A DNA stretch of 63,738 nucleotides, counting the filler, from Licmophora abbreviata (Eukaryota), in assembly GCA_900291995.1 (NCBI GenBank). It is 18 parts of 18 records of this genome, joined end to end, with 100 filler letters (N's around TTAATTAATTAA, not from the genome) between each part and the next. Parts side by side here need not be neighbours in the genome. Positions count along the whole stretch, not along the records: positions 5,449 to 14,146 come from OLMU01000986.1; positions 14,247 to 19,617 come from OLMU01000988.1; positions 19,718 to 25,867 come from OLMU01000989.1; 15 more parts are not named here. One strand, given 5' to 3'. The notes below the pieces were generated by a model, which was not told the origin of the DNA, did no database searches, and saw nothing but the letters and a program-made list of their open reading frames with translations. Positions 10,560-21,684 of this stretch are shown here, in pieces (position 1 is the first letter of the stretch; every line of letters begins with the position of its first letter). The translations under genes were made by a program, and so were the position numbers.

Positions 10560-11426
10560 ATGGCTGGCTATGATGACCGTGACGGCAAGATCTGGATGGA
10601 TGGCACTCTGGTCGACTGGCGCGATGCCAATGTCCATATCCTGTCCCATGCGCTGCATTACGCCAGCTCCGTTTTCGAGGGCGAGCGCTGCTATGACGGC
10701 AAGATTTTCCTGTCGCGCAAACATTCCGAGCGGCTGCACAAATCAGGCGAGCTGATGGATATGAAAATCCCCTATTCCGTCGACGAGATCGAAGCGGCCA
10801 AGCAAGCGGTCGTGGACGCCAACAACCTGTCGAACGCCTATGTGCGGGTCGTGGCGTTTCGCGGCGCGGGCGAGGATATGGGTGTCGCCTCGTCGCGCAA
10901 CCCGGTGCGGATGGCCGTGGCAGCCTGGGAATGGGGCAATTACTATGGCGACGCCAAGATGAAGGGCGCCAAGCTGGATATCGCCAAATGGAAGCGACCC
11001 AGCCCCGAGACGATCCCGACGGCAGCCAAGGCGGCGGGGCTTTACATGATCTGCACCATGTCCAAGCACGCCGCCGAGGCAAAGGGATGTTCGGATGCAC
11101 TGTTCATGGATTATCGCGGCTACGTGGCCGAGGCGACGGGTGCGAATGTGTTCTTCGTCAAGGATGGCGAGGTGCACACGCCTGATCCCGATGCGATCCT
11201 CAACGGTCTGACACGCCAGACGGTGATCGGGATGCTCGAAGAGCGCGGCGTCAAGGTGCATGTGCGCCACATCATGCCCGAAGAGCTGGAAGGGTTCGAG
11301 CAGTGCTGGCTGACCGGATCGGCCGCCGAGGTGACACCCGTGGGTCAGATCGGCGATTACAATTTCGAGGTGGGCGCGCTGACCCGTGAGATCGCGGAAG
11401 GCTACGAGGCGCTTGTGCGGGCCTGA
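10560..11426 (+). CDS. ilvE: Branched-chain amino acid aminotransferase (class IV)
   Basis: HALHYASSVFEG, AKAAGLY, EATGANVFFV, LNGLTRQTV, TGSAAEVTP. Confidence 0.93.
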   Translation: MAGYDDRDGKIWMDGTLVDWRDANVHILSHALHYASSVFEGERCYDGKIFLSRKHSERLHKSGELMDMKIPYSVDEIEAAKQAVVDANNLSNAYVRVVAFRGAGEDMGVASSRNPVRMAVAAWEWGNYYGDAKMKGAKLDIAKWKRPSPETIPTAAKAAGLYMICTMSKHAAEAKGCSDALFMDYRGYVAEATGANVFFVKDGEVHTPDPDAILNGLTRQTVIGMLEERGVKVHVRHIMPEELEGFEQCWLTGSAAEVTPVGQIGDYNFEVGALTREIAEGYEALVRA

Positions 11427-11452
11427 TCCGAGGGCGGTCTACAGAACAGAAG

Positions 11453-11494
11453 AAAGCGCCAAGGCTGTTGGATCAGCCTTGGCGCTTTTCTTTT
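11453..11494. terminator. Bidirectional intrinsic terminator
   Basis: Perfect 15-bp stem aaagcgccaaggctg/cagccttggcgcttt with T-tail, between convergent genes. Confidence 0.85.
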
Positions 11495-11511
11495 GCGGGT
11501 CGTGTCTGGGT

Positions 11512-12696
11512 TTAGCCCGGTGACAGGCCGCGCATGCGTTCGGAGCGGCGGCGCAACAGCTCGACCGTGGTCAGCAGCAGGATTGACAGCGTCACGAGGA
11601 TCGTGGCCACCGCAAGGATGGTCGGCGAAATCTGCTCGCGCAGGCCGATGAACATCTGCCAAGGCAGTGTCTTCTGCCCCGCGGACCCGACGAACAGCAC
11701 CACCACGACCTCGTCGAAGGAGGTGATGAAGGCAAAGAGCCCGCCCGAGATCACGCCCGGCAGGATCAGCGGCATCTGCACGCGGAAGAAGGTGGTCACC
11801 GGGTTGGCGCCCATATTGGCGGCCGCGCGCGTCAAGGAGCGATCAAAGCCCACAAGCGTCGCAGTCACGGTGATGATGACGAAGGGAATGCCAAGGGCGG
11901 CGTGCGCCAGAACCACGCCCCAGTAAGTGCCCTGCAGTCCGAGGCGAGAGTAGAAGAAATACATGCCAGCCGCAGAAATGATCAGCGGCACGATCATCGG
12001 AGAGATCAGGATGGCCATGATCGCGCGGCGAAACGGCACATGCTCGGAGCTGAGGCCGATGGCGGCCAAGGTGCCGAAAGTGACCGACAGGAAGGTCGCC
12101 ATGGGCGCGATCGACAGCGAATTCCACATCGCCTGCTGCCAGTCGGCATTGGTGAAGAAATCACGGTAGTGCTTGAGCGAATAGCCCGCAGGATCAAGCC
12201 GCAACATCTCGGGCGTGAAGGTGAAGAAATTCTGCGCGTTGAAGCTCAGCGGCATGACCACGACGATCGGCGTGATCAGGAAGAAGAAGATCAACCCGCA
12301 GAGCACGCGGAACCCAAAATGCAAGAACACCTGCATCGGCGTCGTATAGGGCGGGAGCTTGGCGCGATACCGTCCCTCGCCCAGCCAGAAGATGAACCAG
12401 CCGAAGATCCAGCCGAAGATCAGACCGACAATCCCCCCCATGAGACCGACTGTCAGAAAACCGGCCGCAGCCATGCCAAGGGTCGTGACCCACCGTGCGA
12501 TACGCTCGTTGCGCAGGACGGTGAGCCAGAGAAAGGCAAGCGCTGCCGTCAGAACGAAACCGCCGATCACACCGATCAGGGCCGAGCCCTGAGCCGTGCC
12601 GACGAACAGCCCGGCAAAGGCGCCGGCAATGCCGACGACAGGAGCGACAAAGGAGACGGGTTTGGGTTGGATAATCGTCAAAGTCATGTCCGTCAC
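11512..12696 (-). CDS. Polyamine/opine-type ABC transporter permease (PotC-like) with N-terminal extension
   Basis: EAA-like loop LTRAAANMGA, FAFITSFDEVVV, TLPWQMF. Confidence 0.88.
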   Translation of the reverse strand: MTDMTLTIIQPKPVSFVAPVVGIAGAFAGLFVGTAQGSALIGVIGGFVLTAALAFLWLTVLRNERIARWVTTLGMAAAGFLTVGLMGGIVGLIFGWIFGWFIFWLGEGRYRAKLPPYTTPMQVFLHFGFRVLCGLIFFFLITPIVVVMPLSFNAQNFFTFTPEMLRLDPAGYSLKHYRDFFTNADWQQAMWNSLSIAPMATFLSVTFGTLAAIGLSSEHVPFRRAIMAILISPMIVPLIISAAGMYFFYSRLGLQGTYWGVVLAHAALGIPFVIITVTATLVGFDRSLTRAAANMGANPVTTFFRVQMPLILPGVISGGLFAFITSFDEVVVVLFVGSAGQKTLPWQMFIGLREQISPTILAVATILVTLSILLLTTVELLRRRSERMRGLSPG

Positions 12697-14146
12697 CCCA
12701 ATTTCACGTTGTCGATGCCGACGATCTTGTCATAGGCCCAGTAGAGCACCAGAACCGCCACCAGAAGGATCGAGCCGAGCGCCGCCGCCAGACCCCAGTT
12801 CAGGGAGCTCGAGATGTGATAGGCGATCCGGTTCGAGATGAACGTGCCGGTGGTGCCGCCGACGATCTCGGGCGTGATGTAGTAGCCGATGGCGAGGATG
12901 AACACGAGGATCGATCCCGCCCCGATGCCCGGCACCGATTGCGGGAAATAGACCCGCCAGAAGGCGGTCCAGTTGGTCGCGCCCAGGGATTTCGCGGCCC
13001 GCACATAGGTCTGCGGTATGGTCGACATGACCGAATACATCGGCAGGATCATGAAGGGCAGCAGGATATGCGTCATCGCCACGATCGTGCCGAACTGGTT
13101 GTTGATCATCACCAGTCTGCCGGCCTCGTCGATAAGACCCAGCCAGACCAGCGTATCGTTGATGACACCCTGTTGCTGCAGCATCACCTTCCAGGCCGAG
13201 GTCCGCACCAGAAGCGATGTCCAGAACGGCAACAGAACAAGGATCATCAGAAGGTTCGCGGTGCGCATCGGCAGGTTCGCCAGCAGATAGGCGATCGGAT
13301 AACCCAGCAGAATGCAGCTTCCCATGATCATCAGCGACATGAACAAAGTACGCTGGAACAGTGTGTTGTAGATCTGCTCGTTCTCGGGACGCGGCGCGAA
13401 GCCATCGGGCGTTTTCTGGTAATCCACCGCATTCAGGAAATAGCCGCTGGTGAAATCAGGGCTGTACATCTTGATGGTGGTCCAGTTCTCGGCATCGGCC
13501 CATTCTTCGTCGATGTCGATGAAGCCCGCCTTGAAATCGACAGGTGGCAGGCTTGTCGCGAGATCCTGCGCTTCGGCCAATTCCGCGGCACCCGGACCGG
13601 AATATGAGGACAGGTCCACACCGGAGCGAAGGTCCTGGATCAAGGCAAGCTTGACAGCCGCCCAAGGCTCTTCCTCGGCGACGACATCGCCGTTATCCAC
13701 GGCGGAGAACAAGGCGAATGAGGTATAGGCGCTGGCGGTTCGCGGCAGCAAATCCGAGATGGCCTGACCCGGCACGAAACCGATATCGGCAGGATAGGTG
13801 TTGTCGGTCAGGCGCGCGAGGCTTGCGGCCTGCTCTTGCAGAAGTGCGCTGTTGCCTTCGGCCCCATCGCCGCCGGTCATTAGGGTGAACCAGAAGGTTT
13901 CATCCTCCCAGACACCGTTGAGATCCTCGAGCGCCTTGATCTGGTCTTCACCGATCTCGTCGACGTTACGGCCAGTGGCGCGGAACATCGAGGACACGCC
14001 CGGCTGTTCGTAATTCAGACGGCTTCCCAAGCGTGTGTGCTTCTTCGCCTCGGCGGCAAGGAACATGTCCGTGTAAAGCGCCTCGAACACAGTGTCGTCG
14101 GGCAACTCGGAAGTGTCGGAGTCCCACGCGGCCAGTTCGGCGGTCG
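12693..14146 (-). CDS. Polyamine-type ABC transporter permease (PotB-like) with large periplasmic insert, 5' end lost in gap
   Basis: LLPFWTSLLVRT, ILPMYSVM, RAAKSLGA, SSLNWGLAAALG. Confidence 0.88.
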
Positions 14147-14246
14147 NNNNNNNNNNNNNNNNNNNNNNNNNNNNNNNNNNNNNNNNNNNNTTAATTAATT
14201 AANNNNNNNNNNNNNNNNNNNNNNNNNNNNNNNNNNNNNNNNNNNN

Positions 14247-14400
14247 CGAGATAGGGTTCGACATAGGCTTTGTGCTGACTTTCCTGATAGGCGCCGCCCC
14301 AGGACACAAGCGTCATCGAATCCGCCATGTCCTGCGCGTGAGCCGAAGCTCCTGCGACGGTAAGCGCCGTCGTGGCCAAAAGTGTCTTAGTCAGTTTCAT
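14247..14400 (-). CDS. ABC transporter substrate-binding protein, N-terminal fragment
   Basis: Signal peptide MKLTKTLLATTAL...AHA, then LVSWGGAYQESQ typical of PotD/PotF-like binding proteins; rest lost in gap. Confidence 0.8.
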
Positions 14401-14513
14401 TTCATACTCCCAGTTTACATCCCGTGTTTGATTCTTCGGCACCGGGTCACGGGAAAGACCGTCGGAACCTCAAGATCATCACATCTCTCGCAAGAGATAC
14501 GATTATCTAAGAC

Positions 14514-15617
14514 CTATACCGCGTCGAGTGCGCGGCAATCCCGCGGCAGCCAGCCGATCTCGATCTGCTCGCCCGGTTGCAGGCGGCGCTGATCTGCCGA
14601 ATTGCGAGTCTTGATGATGAAATTGTCCTTGCCGGCCACCTTGAGACGGGTGCGGAACACGTCGCCCATATAGATGAATTCCATCACCTCCGCTTTGAGG
14701 GTGTGCGCCTTGTCGCCCAGCTTGGCAGTGTCCACCTCGACCCTCTCGGGGCGGATGGAAATCGTGGTGCGATCACCCACCTTGGACACGTTCACGGGCT
14801 TGGCGTCGATCAGTTCACCATCGTCCAGCTGGACAAGACACACGTCATCGCCGATCTCCTTGATGGTGCCTTCGAGCGTGTTGTTCTCACCGATGAATTG
14901 CGCCACGAAGCTGTTTTCGGGGCTTTCATACAGTTCGTCCGGGGGCGCAAGCTGCTGAATGCGGCCATCGTCGAACACCGCGACGCGGTCGGACATGGTG
15001 AGGGCTTCGGTCTGGTCATGGGTCACGTAGACCACGGTGATTCCCAGCTGATGCGCCAGATTGGTGATCTCGAACTGCATATGCTCGCGCAGCTGCTTGT
15101 CCAGCGCGCCGAGAGGTTCGTCCATCAGGACCAGCTCGGGTTCGAACACCAGAGCGCGGGCCAGCGCGATACGCTGCTGCTGACCGCCCGAAAGCTGCGC
15201 CGGACGGCGACCGCCGAAAGACCCCATCTGGACCATGTCCAGCGCCCGCTTGACCTTGGCCTCGCGGTCGGACTTGCCGATCTTGCGCACTTCCAGAGGG
15301 AAGGACAGGTTCTCGGCAACCGTCATGTGCGGGAACAGGGCGTAATTCTGGAACACCATGCCGATGCCACGCTTGTGCGGCGGAATGTTGTTGATCGGCC
15401 GACCATCCAACTTGATCTCGCCATGGGTGGCTGTCTCGAACCCGGCCAGCATCATGAGGCAGGTCGTCTTGCCAGACCCAGACGGTCCGAGCATCGTGAG
15501 AAACTCACCCTTGGGCATGGACAGGTTGAGGTCTTTGACTACGAGGGTTTCGCCGTCATAACTCTTTTGTACGCGTTCGAATTCGACGAACGCATCACTG
15601 TTCGCAGTGTCGGCCAA
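14514..15617 (-). CDS. Polyamine-type ABC transporter ATP-binding protein (PotA-like)
   Basis: GPSGSGKT, VFQNYALFPH, LSGGQQQR, MDEP; TTG start behind AGGGAG. Confidence 0.93.
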   Translation of the reverse strand: MADTANSDAFVEFERVQKSYDGETLVVKDLNLSMPKGEFLTMLGPSGSGKTTCLMMLAGFETATHGEIKLDGRPINNIPPHKRGIGMVFQNYALFPHMTVAENLSFPLEVRKIGKSDREAKVKRALDMVQMGSFGGRRPAQLSGGQQQRIALARALVFEPELVLMDEPLGALDKQLREHMQFEITNLAHQLGITVVYVTHDQTEALTMSDRVAVFDDGRIQQLAPPDELYESPENSFVAQFIGENNTLEGTIKEIGDDVCLVQLDDGELIDAKPVNVSKVGDRTTISIRPERVEVDTAKLGDKAHTLKAEVMEFIYMGDVFRTRLKVAGKDNFIIKTRNSADQRRLQPGEQIEIGWLPRDCRALDAV

Positions 15618-15847
15618 TGGTGGCTCCCTGTCTTTGTTAGTCGTGGTTTCTCCACGTTCGGTCACAAACTAAACCGACAATGAATGTGGGTTGCAAGCCT
15701 ATTTCGTGAAGTTTGGGCCAATTTGACCCGCACCGGGAAGTTTGCGCAGTCAAAATTGGCATTTCAGGAAAATCGACCAGTCCTTAAGCAGGGAGATTCG
15801 GACCATGGCCGGTCAATTTGCCATGGTCCGGATCAAGTGACCAAGCG

Positions 15848-17218
15848 TCAACCGAGGATCTTGCCCACCGCGGCGGCGGTTTTGGAGACAACTTCGTCTG
15901 CTTCGGCCCGGGTGAGGCAGAAGGGCGGCGCAAAGCCCAGAATGTCGCCCTGAGGCATGGCGCGTGCGATCACGCCGTCGGCGGCCAGCGCGCCCGAGAT
16001 CTGCGGGCCGATCTTGTCGGCGGGATCGAAGAAGGTGCGGCTGTCGCGATCCTTCACGAATTCCACGGCGCAGAGCATGCCTTCGCCCCGGACCTCGCCG
16101 ACATGGGGATGGTCACCCAATGCCTCGGCCATGGTCTTGTTCAGATAGCCGCCCACATCGCGGTTGTTGGCGATCAGGTCCAACTCGTCCAGCAGCTTGA
16201 GATTGGCGACACCGGCCGCAGCGCCGATCGGGTGGGCCGAATAGGTCCAGCCATGGCCGATCGGGCCGTTTTCATCGGTGCCCTGTTCGAGCACTTTCCA
16301 CATCTTGTCGCCGACGATCGAGCCAGACAGCGGCGCATAGGCCGAGGTCAGCCCCTTGGCGATGGTGATGAGATCGGGCTTGAGGCCATAGTGATCCGAG
16401 CCGAACATGGTGCCCAGACGGCCAAAACCGGTGACGACCTCGTCGACGACCAGAAGGATGTCATGCTTCTGAAGCACCTTCTGGATCGCATCCCAATAGC
16501 CAGCAGGCGGCGGCACGATGCCACCGGTGCCCAGCACCGGCTCACCGATGAAGGCGGCGATGGTATCCGCCCCTTCGCGCTCGATCAGCGCCTCGAGCGA
16601 GTCGACGCAGTGCTGCACGAATTGCTCTTCGGTCTGGTCGAGGTTTTCGCGGCGATAGTAATAGGGCGCCTCGGTATGGAGCACCTGCGCGAGTGGCAGA
16701 TCGAATTTCTTGTGAAACAGCTCGAGCCCGGTGAGCGAGCCGGTCACCAGCCCCGAGCCATGATAGCCGCGCCAACGAGAGATGATCTTCTTCTTCTCGG
16801 GACGCCCGAGGATGTTGTTGTAGTACCAGATCAGCTTGACGTTGGTTTCGTTGGCATCCGATCCCGACATCCCGAAATAGACCTTGGACATGCCCTTGGG
16901 CGCGCGGTCCATAATCATCTTGGACAGGGTGATGCTGGCCTCGGTGCCGTGGCCGACATAGGCATGATAATAGGCCAGTTCGCGGGCTTGGGCGGCGATG
17001 GCGTCGGCGATGTCCTGACGGCCATAGCCGACGTTCACGCAATAGAGCCCGGCAAAGGCATCGAGCAGGCGATTGCCGTCACGATCCTCGATATGGCAGT
17101 TGGTGCCGCCGGTGATCACGCGATTGGGCGCTTCGCCCCGGGCGAATTGGGCAAGATGGGTCGAGGGATGAAAGAAGTTCTCGCGGTCCCATTGATCGAG
17201 TTGGTCGTTCTTCAGCAT
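15848..17218 (-). CDS. doeD: Class III aminotransferase, diaminobutyrate transaminase of ectoine degradation (DoeD/Atf-like)
   Basis: MLKNDQLDQWDRENFFHPSTHL, DEVVTGFGRLG, TIAKGLTSAY; eut/doe context. Confidence 0.85.
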   Translation of the reverse strand: MLKNDQLDQWDRENFFHPSTHLAQFARGEAPNRVITGGTNCHIEDRDGNRLLDAFAGLYCVNVGYGRQDIADAIAAQARELAYYHAYVGHGTEASITLSKMIMDRAPKGMSKVYFGMSGSDANETNVKLIWYYNNILGRPEKKKIISRWRGYHGSGLVTGSLTGLELFHKKFDLPLAQVLHTEAPYYYRRENLDQTEEQFVQHCVDSLEALIEREGADTIAAFIGEPVLGTGGIVPPPAGYWDAIQKVLQKHDILLVVDEVVTGFGRLGTMFGSDHYGLKPDLITIAKGLTSAYAPLSGSIVGDKMWKVLEQGTDENGPIGHGWTYSAHPIGAAAGVANLKLLDELDLIANNRDVGGYLNKTMAEALGDHPHVGEVRGEGMLCAVEFVKDRDSRTFFDPADKIGPQISGALAADGVIARAMPQGDILGFAPPFCLTRAEADEVVSKTAAAVGKILG

Positions 17219-17306
17219 GGTTCAGTCCTTCCATATGCTTGTCGCCGAGGGTTTTGGGAAACGCAGGGCGACATAAGATCGAGATGCCGGTGGGTGAGGC
17301 ACAGTC

Positions 17307-18782
17307 TCAGGCCCAGTCGCGGCAGACGTATTTCACTTCCATGAATTCCTCCATGCCCTTGCGGGCACCTTCGCGGCCAAGGCCGGATTGCTTGACCCCG
17401 CCGAACGGGATCGGCGCGCCGGTCACCTTGGTGCGGTTGACCGCGACCATGCCGAATTGCAGCGCGCGCGTCACGCGGTAGATGCGGCGAGGATCATGGC
17501 TGTGCAGATAGGCGACAAGGCCGAACTCGGTCGCGTTGGCGCGGGCGATCACCTCGTCCTCGGTGTCGAAAGGCGTGATCGCGGCGACGGGACCAAAGGT
17601 TTCCTCGCGCATGATCGCCGCCTCGTCGGGCACGTCGGTCAGCACCGTGGGCTGATAGAAGAGCGGCCCCTGATCGTCGCGCGTGCCGCCACAGGCCAGT
17701 TTCGCCCCTTTCGACAGCGCGTCGGCCACATGCTCTTCCTGCTTCTGAACCGCCTTTTCGTTCATCAGAGGGCCAATGTCGGGATCGTCCATGCCGGACC
17801 CAAGGCTGAGTGCCTGTGTCGCTTCGGTGAAGCGGCGGCAGAATTCGTCATAGACGGGGCGTTCCACGTAGATGCGGTTGGCGGCCAGACAATCCTGACC
17901 AGAGGTGGCGAATTTCGCCTTGATGCTTTCGTCGATGGCGGTGTCCAGATCGGCGTTGCGAAACACGATCACCGGCGCATGGCCCCCCAGTTCCATCACC
18001 AGACGCTTGACGGTATCGGCGGACTGGCGGCACAACAGACGCCCGATTTCGGTCGAGCCGGTGAAGGACAGCGCCCGCACACGAGAATCGGCTGTCCAAG
18101 GCTCGACGATGGTCGATGCCTTTCCGGTCAGCACGTTGAACACCCCCGCCGGTATGCCTGCACGTTCGGCCAGCTCAGCCAGGGCCAAGGCGGAATAAGG
18201 CGTTTCGCCCGAGGGATGGGCCACCACAGTGCAGCCTGCGGCCATCGCGGCGGCGGCCTTGCGGGTCAACATGGCGGCGGGAAAGTTCCACGGCGTAATC
18301 AACGCCGCAACACCCACGGGTTCAAGCCAGAGCTCGACCTCGGCGTCGGGCAGGTGGCTGGTGACGCCCTCGATATTGGGGCGCTTGGCCTCTTCGGCGT
18401 AGTATTCGAGGAAGCTTGCGGCATAGTCGATCTCGCCGCGGGCCTCGGACAGGGGTTTGCCCTGTTCCAGCACCATGATCCGGGCCAGATCCTCGCGGTT
18501 TTCGATCATCAGGTCGAACCAGCGCCGCAACAACGCCGAACGGTCCTGCGGCAAGGTCATAGACCAGTCGCCAAAAGCCGCTTGCGCCGCATCCACGGCA
18601 GCGCGGGCCTGATCGGCGGAGAGGCTGGCCACCTCGCCCAGACGAAGCCCATCGGCGGGATTGGTCACGGCGATGGTCTGGCTGTCATCGCCAGCAGTCC
18701 ATTTGCCGTTCACGTAGGAAAAATTGCGCACGAGGCGCGTGTCGGTGATCCCGTTGCGGGTCCAGGTCGCTGAATCGGACAT
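17307..18782 (-). CDS. doeC: Semialdehyde dehydrogenase (DoeC/Ssd-like)
   Basis: ITPWNFP, FTGSTEIG, MELGGHAP, SGQDC, EETFGPV; context. Confidence 0.85.
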   Translation of the reverse strand: MSDSATWTRNGITDTRLVRNFSYVNGKWTAGDDSQTIAVTNPADGLRLGEVASLSADQARAAVDAAQAAFGDWSMTLPQDRSALLRRWFDLMIENREDLARIMVLEQGKPLSEARGEIDYAASFLEYYAEEAKRPNIEGVTSHLPDAEVELWLEPVGVAALITPWNFPAAMLTRKAAAAMAAGCTVVAHPSGETPYSALALAELAERAGIPAGVFNVLTGKASTIVEPWTADSRVRALSFTGSTEIGRLLCRQSADTVKRLVMELGGHAPVIVFRNADLDTAIDESIKAKFATSGQDCLAANRIYVERPVYDEFCRRFTEATQALSLGSGMDDPDIGPLMNEKAVQKQEEHVADALSKGAKLACGGTRDDQGPLFYQPTVLTDVPDEAAIMREETFGPVAAITPFDTEDEVIARANATEFGLVAYLHSHDPRRIYRVTRALQFGMVAVNRTKVTGAPIPFGGVKQSGLGREGARKGMEEFMEVKYVCRDWA

Positions 18783-18952
18783 GAAGGCCCTCCTTTCGCC
18801 GGAAGAATGCACCGAAGGGATCAGAAAGCGGGGCTGAACTTGGCGCTTGGGCCAGAGGTTTCATCGATCAGATCGGATATGTGCAGACGATCCTTCTGTG
18901 CGAGGGCCTCCAGCCGTAAACAGGTCATGATCCGGCAGGGATATTCTGCCGG

Positions 18953-19435
18953 TCAGGAGTTGTTGTCCATGAAGATCTGGAACGGGGGTGCGCCGGGCGC
19001 CTTGACCGGTTTGGTCACGATATAGGTGAAATACCGCGCCAGCCCGATCCGCGACTCGAGCATGTCGTCGATCAGCCGCTGATAGGCGTCGATATCGGTG
19101 GTCACGATCTGCAGAAGGTAATCGAACCCCCCGCCAAGCGCCCAACAGGCGGTGATTTCGGGATAGCGCTGCACGCTGTCCTCGAAGGCGCGAAAGCTGG
19201 CGGGCGTGTGATCGGCCAGCTCGGCCGCCACGAAAACCGTCACGTTCGGCCCCAGCTTCTTGAGGTTGATCCGGGCGTTGTAGCCTTCGATGATGCCGGC
19301 CTGTTCCAGCCTCTTCAGCCGCTCCCAGCAGGGGCTGGCGGAAAGACCCACACGTTCGGCCAGATCGGCCTTGGTGATGCGGCCCTCGGCGGACAAGACG
19401 CGCAGAATGTCCAGATCGCGCGCGTCGAGCTTCAT
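18953..19435 (-). CDS. doeX: Lrp/AsnC-family regulator (DoeX-like)
   Basis: LAERVGLSASPCWERLKRLEQAGIIEGY, GGFDYLL; context. Confidence 0.85.
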   Translation of the reverse strand: MKLDARDLDILRVLSAEGRITKADLAERVGLSASPCWERLKRLEQAGIIEGYNARINLKKLGPNVTVFVAAELADHTPASFRAFEDSVQRYPEITACWALGGGFDYLLQIVTTDIDAYQRLIDDMLESRIGLARYFTYIVTKPVKAPGAPPFQIFMDNNS

Positions 19436-20515
19436 GCCGAGATCACCGTGCCTGAGGGGCTGTCCTGCAGCATCTGGAAGACATGGCTGGCGATGGCCGT
19501 GTCCTGCGCCCCTGTTCCGGTCAGATCGGCGATCGTGATGTCGTCATCGCTGCGCCGTCCGGGCGCGTCGCCGGTGATGACCTGACCCAGCTCGGCGGGG
19601 ATGCCACCCTGCCAGAGNNNNNNNNNNNNNNNNNNNNNNNNNNNNNNNNNNNNNNNNNNNNTTAATTAATTAANNNNNNNNNNNNNNNNNNNNNNNNNNN
19701 NNNNNNNNNNNNNNNNNATGTGCGCTGCGCAGCTCGCCCATGATCTCGGTCTGGCTGACGCGGTCGGCCACATAAAGATCGGCGGCGGCGAGCGCCTTGG
19801 GGTCGATCTCGTTCTTGCCGTGCTGGTCAGATCCCATGGCAGTGATATGCAGGCCCGGATGCAGCCATTCGGCCCGCAGCACAGGCGTGCGCGCCGGTGT
19901 GGTGGTGACGACTAGCTGGCTTTGCGCGACCAGATGAGCGGGGTCCGAGACGGGCAGCACCTCGATCCCCATGAGCGCGGCAAGGTCTTCGGCGCAGGTC
20001 TGCGCCTTGGCGCCATCGCGGCCCCAGACCAGAAGCCGCTCAAAAGGCCGGACAAGATGCGCGGCCTGCATCTGCAACCGCGCCTGAACGCCGGTGCCGA
20101 TCACCCCCGCCGTCTGCACCTTGGAGGGGGCCAGATGGCGCGCGGCCACGGCCCCTGCGGCAGCGGTGCGGATATCGGTCAGGTAGCCATTGTCAAGAAA
20201 CAGAGCCTGCACCAACCCGGTGGTGGCCGAAAACAGGATCATCAACCCGTTGAGCGACGGCAGGCCCAGCTTGGGATTGTCGAAAAATCCGGGGCTGACC
20301 TTGATCGCGAACCCGTCGAAACCGGGAATATAGGCGGTTTTGACATCCACCTCGCCATTGGCGGCGGGCAGGTCCATCGACAGGACGGGCGGCATCACCA
20401 CCTCGCCCCCGGCCAGCGCGGCAAAGGCGCGTTCGACCACATCGACCGTGGACAGATCGAGGCCCACTGCCGCGCGAAGTTCGGCCTCGGTGAGAATGCG
20501 GATGTCATGCGGCAT
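19432..20515 (-). CDS. eutC: Cyclodeaminase-family ectoine utilisation protein, split by linker
   Basis: GEVDVKTAY, KVSPGFFDNP, LTDIRTAAAGA; C-terminus DITIADLTGTGAQD at 19432-19617. Confidence 0.88.
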
Positions 20516-21506
20516 AGGGTTTTCCTTTCACTGTGACATCGCCAAGCTGCACATCCTGCCCCGTGATGATCCGGGTGAACACCTCCATGTCCAGATTGCG
20601 CCCGGTGACGATGGTGGCGGTGAGGCCATCCAGAGTGACCTTGCCGGACAGAACGGCGGCCAGCCCCACGACACAGGCGCCTTCGGCAACGATCCTGTCT
20701 TCGTAGTACAGCACCTGCATGGCGTGATAAATCTCGTCCTCGGTCACCAGAACGATCTGATCCAGCAGATCGCGGCACATCGGAAAGCTGAGCCGGTTCT
20801 GCATGCCGATCCCACCCCCGAGCGAATCCGCAAGGCTTGACACCTCTTCGACCTCGACGGGATGACCGGCCAGGATGCTCTCATGCATGGCAGCACCGCG
20901 ATCCATGCTGATGCCGATCACCCGGATCGCCGGGTTGATCGACTTGGCCGCCAGCGCCACCCCGGCGGCAAGACCCCCGCCCGACAAAGGCACCAGAAGC
21001 GTGGTCACATCGGGACGGGCCGCAAGGATTTCCAGCCCGATGGTCCCCTGCCCCGCGATCACAAGCGGATCGTCGAACGGCGAGATTTCGACCAGACCTT
21101 CTTCGGCGACAAGGCGGTGAGATTCGGCCAGTGCATCGTCTTGACTGCGGCCCTTGATATGCACGTCGGCACCGAGCGCGTGGATCCCGTCCACCTTGGC
21201 CTGCGGCACCAGTTCGGACATGCAGATCACCGCCCGCATCCCCCGCTGCGCGGCGGCAAAGGCCACGCCGCGACCGTGATTTCCAGTGGAACAACAGGTC
21301 ACACCGGAGGCGTCGCGCACGGCCGCAACGGCGTTATAGGCGCCGCGCAGCTTGAAGGCGCCAATGGGCTGCATGTTCTCGAGTTTCAGCAGAAACTCGG
21401 CCCCTCCGCGATCCGTCATGTAGGGAGAAGGGACCAGAGGCGTGCCGTCGGCAACCCCGCGGATCACCTTGGCGGCGGCGTAGATATCGGCAAGGGTCGG
21501 TTGCAT
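20505..21506 (-). CDS. eutB: Hydroxyectoine utilisation dehydratase (threonine dehydratase family)
   Basis: LKLENMQPIGAFKLRGA, STGNHG, AGQGTIGLE, LADSLGGGIG. Confidence 0.88.
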   Translation of the reverse strand: MQPTLADIYAAAKVIRGVADGTPLVPSPYMTDRGGAEFLLKLENMQPIGAFKLRGAYNAVAAVRDASGVTCCSTGNHGRGVAFAAAQRGMRAVICMSELVPQAKVDGIHALGADVHIKGRSQDDALAESHRLVAEEGLVEISPFDDPLVIAGQGTIGLEILAARPDVTTLLVPLSGGGLAAGVALAAKSINPAIRVIGISMDRGAAMHESILAGHPVEVEEVSSLADSLGGGIGMQNRLSFPMCRDLLDQIVLVTEDEIYHAMQVLYYEDRIVAEGACVVGLAAVLSGKVTLDGLTATIVTGRNLDMEVFTRIITGQDVQLGDVTVKGKPYAA

Positions 21507-21684
21507 GTCATGCTCCGGATGGGTGGTGTGAGGCCCGCCGCGCAGCTTTGCGCCGGGACAGGGTATCGTCAACCGTAGGACGGGGAATTTCCTGAAAACG
21601 ACATTTGGTGACGTTTTCCTTGGGGCAGGGCGCAGGCCTGAGGCAGTATCGCGGGGTTAGACCCCAAACATCAGGCCCATTGCT

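Noticed and set aside
14147..14400. Apparently tiny substrate-binding gene, and likewise the very short kpsE and gltB
   Set aside because: Missing sequence is hidden by fixed-length linkers; these are not real deletions
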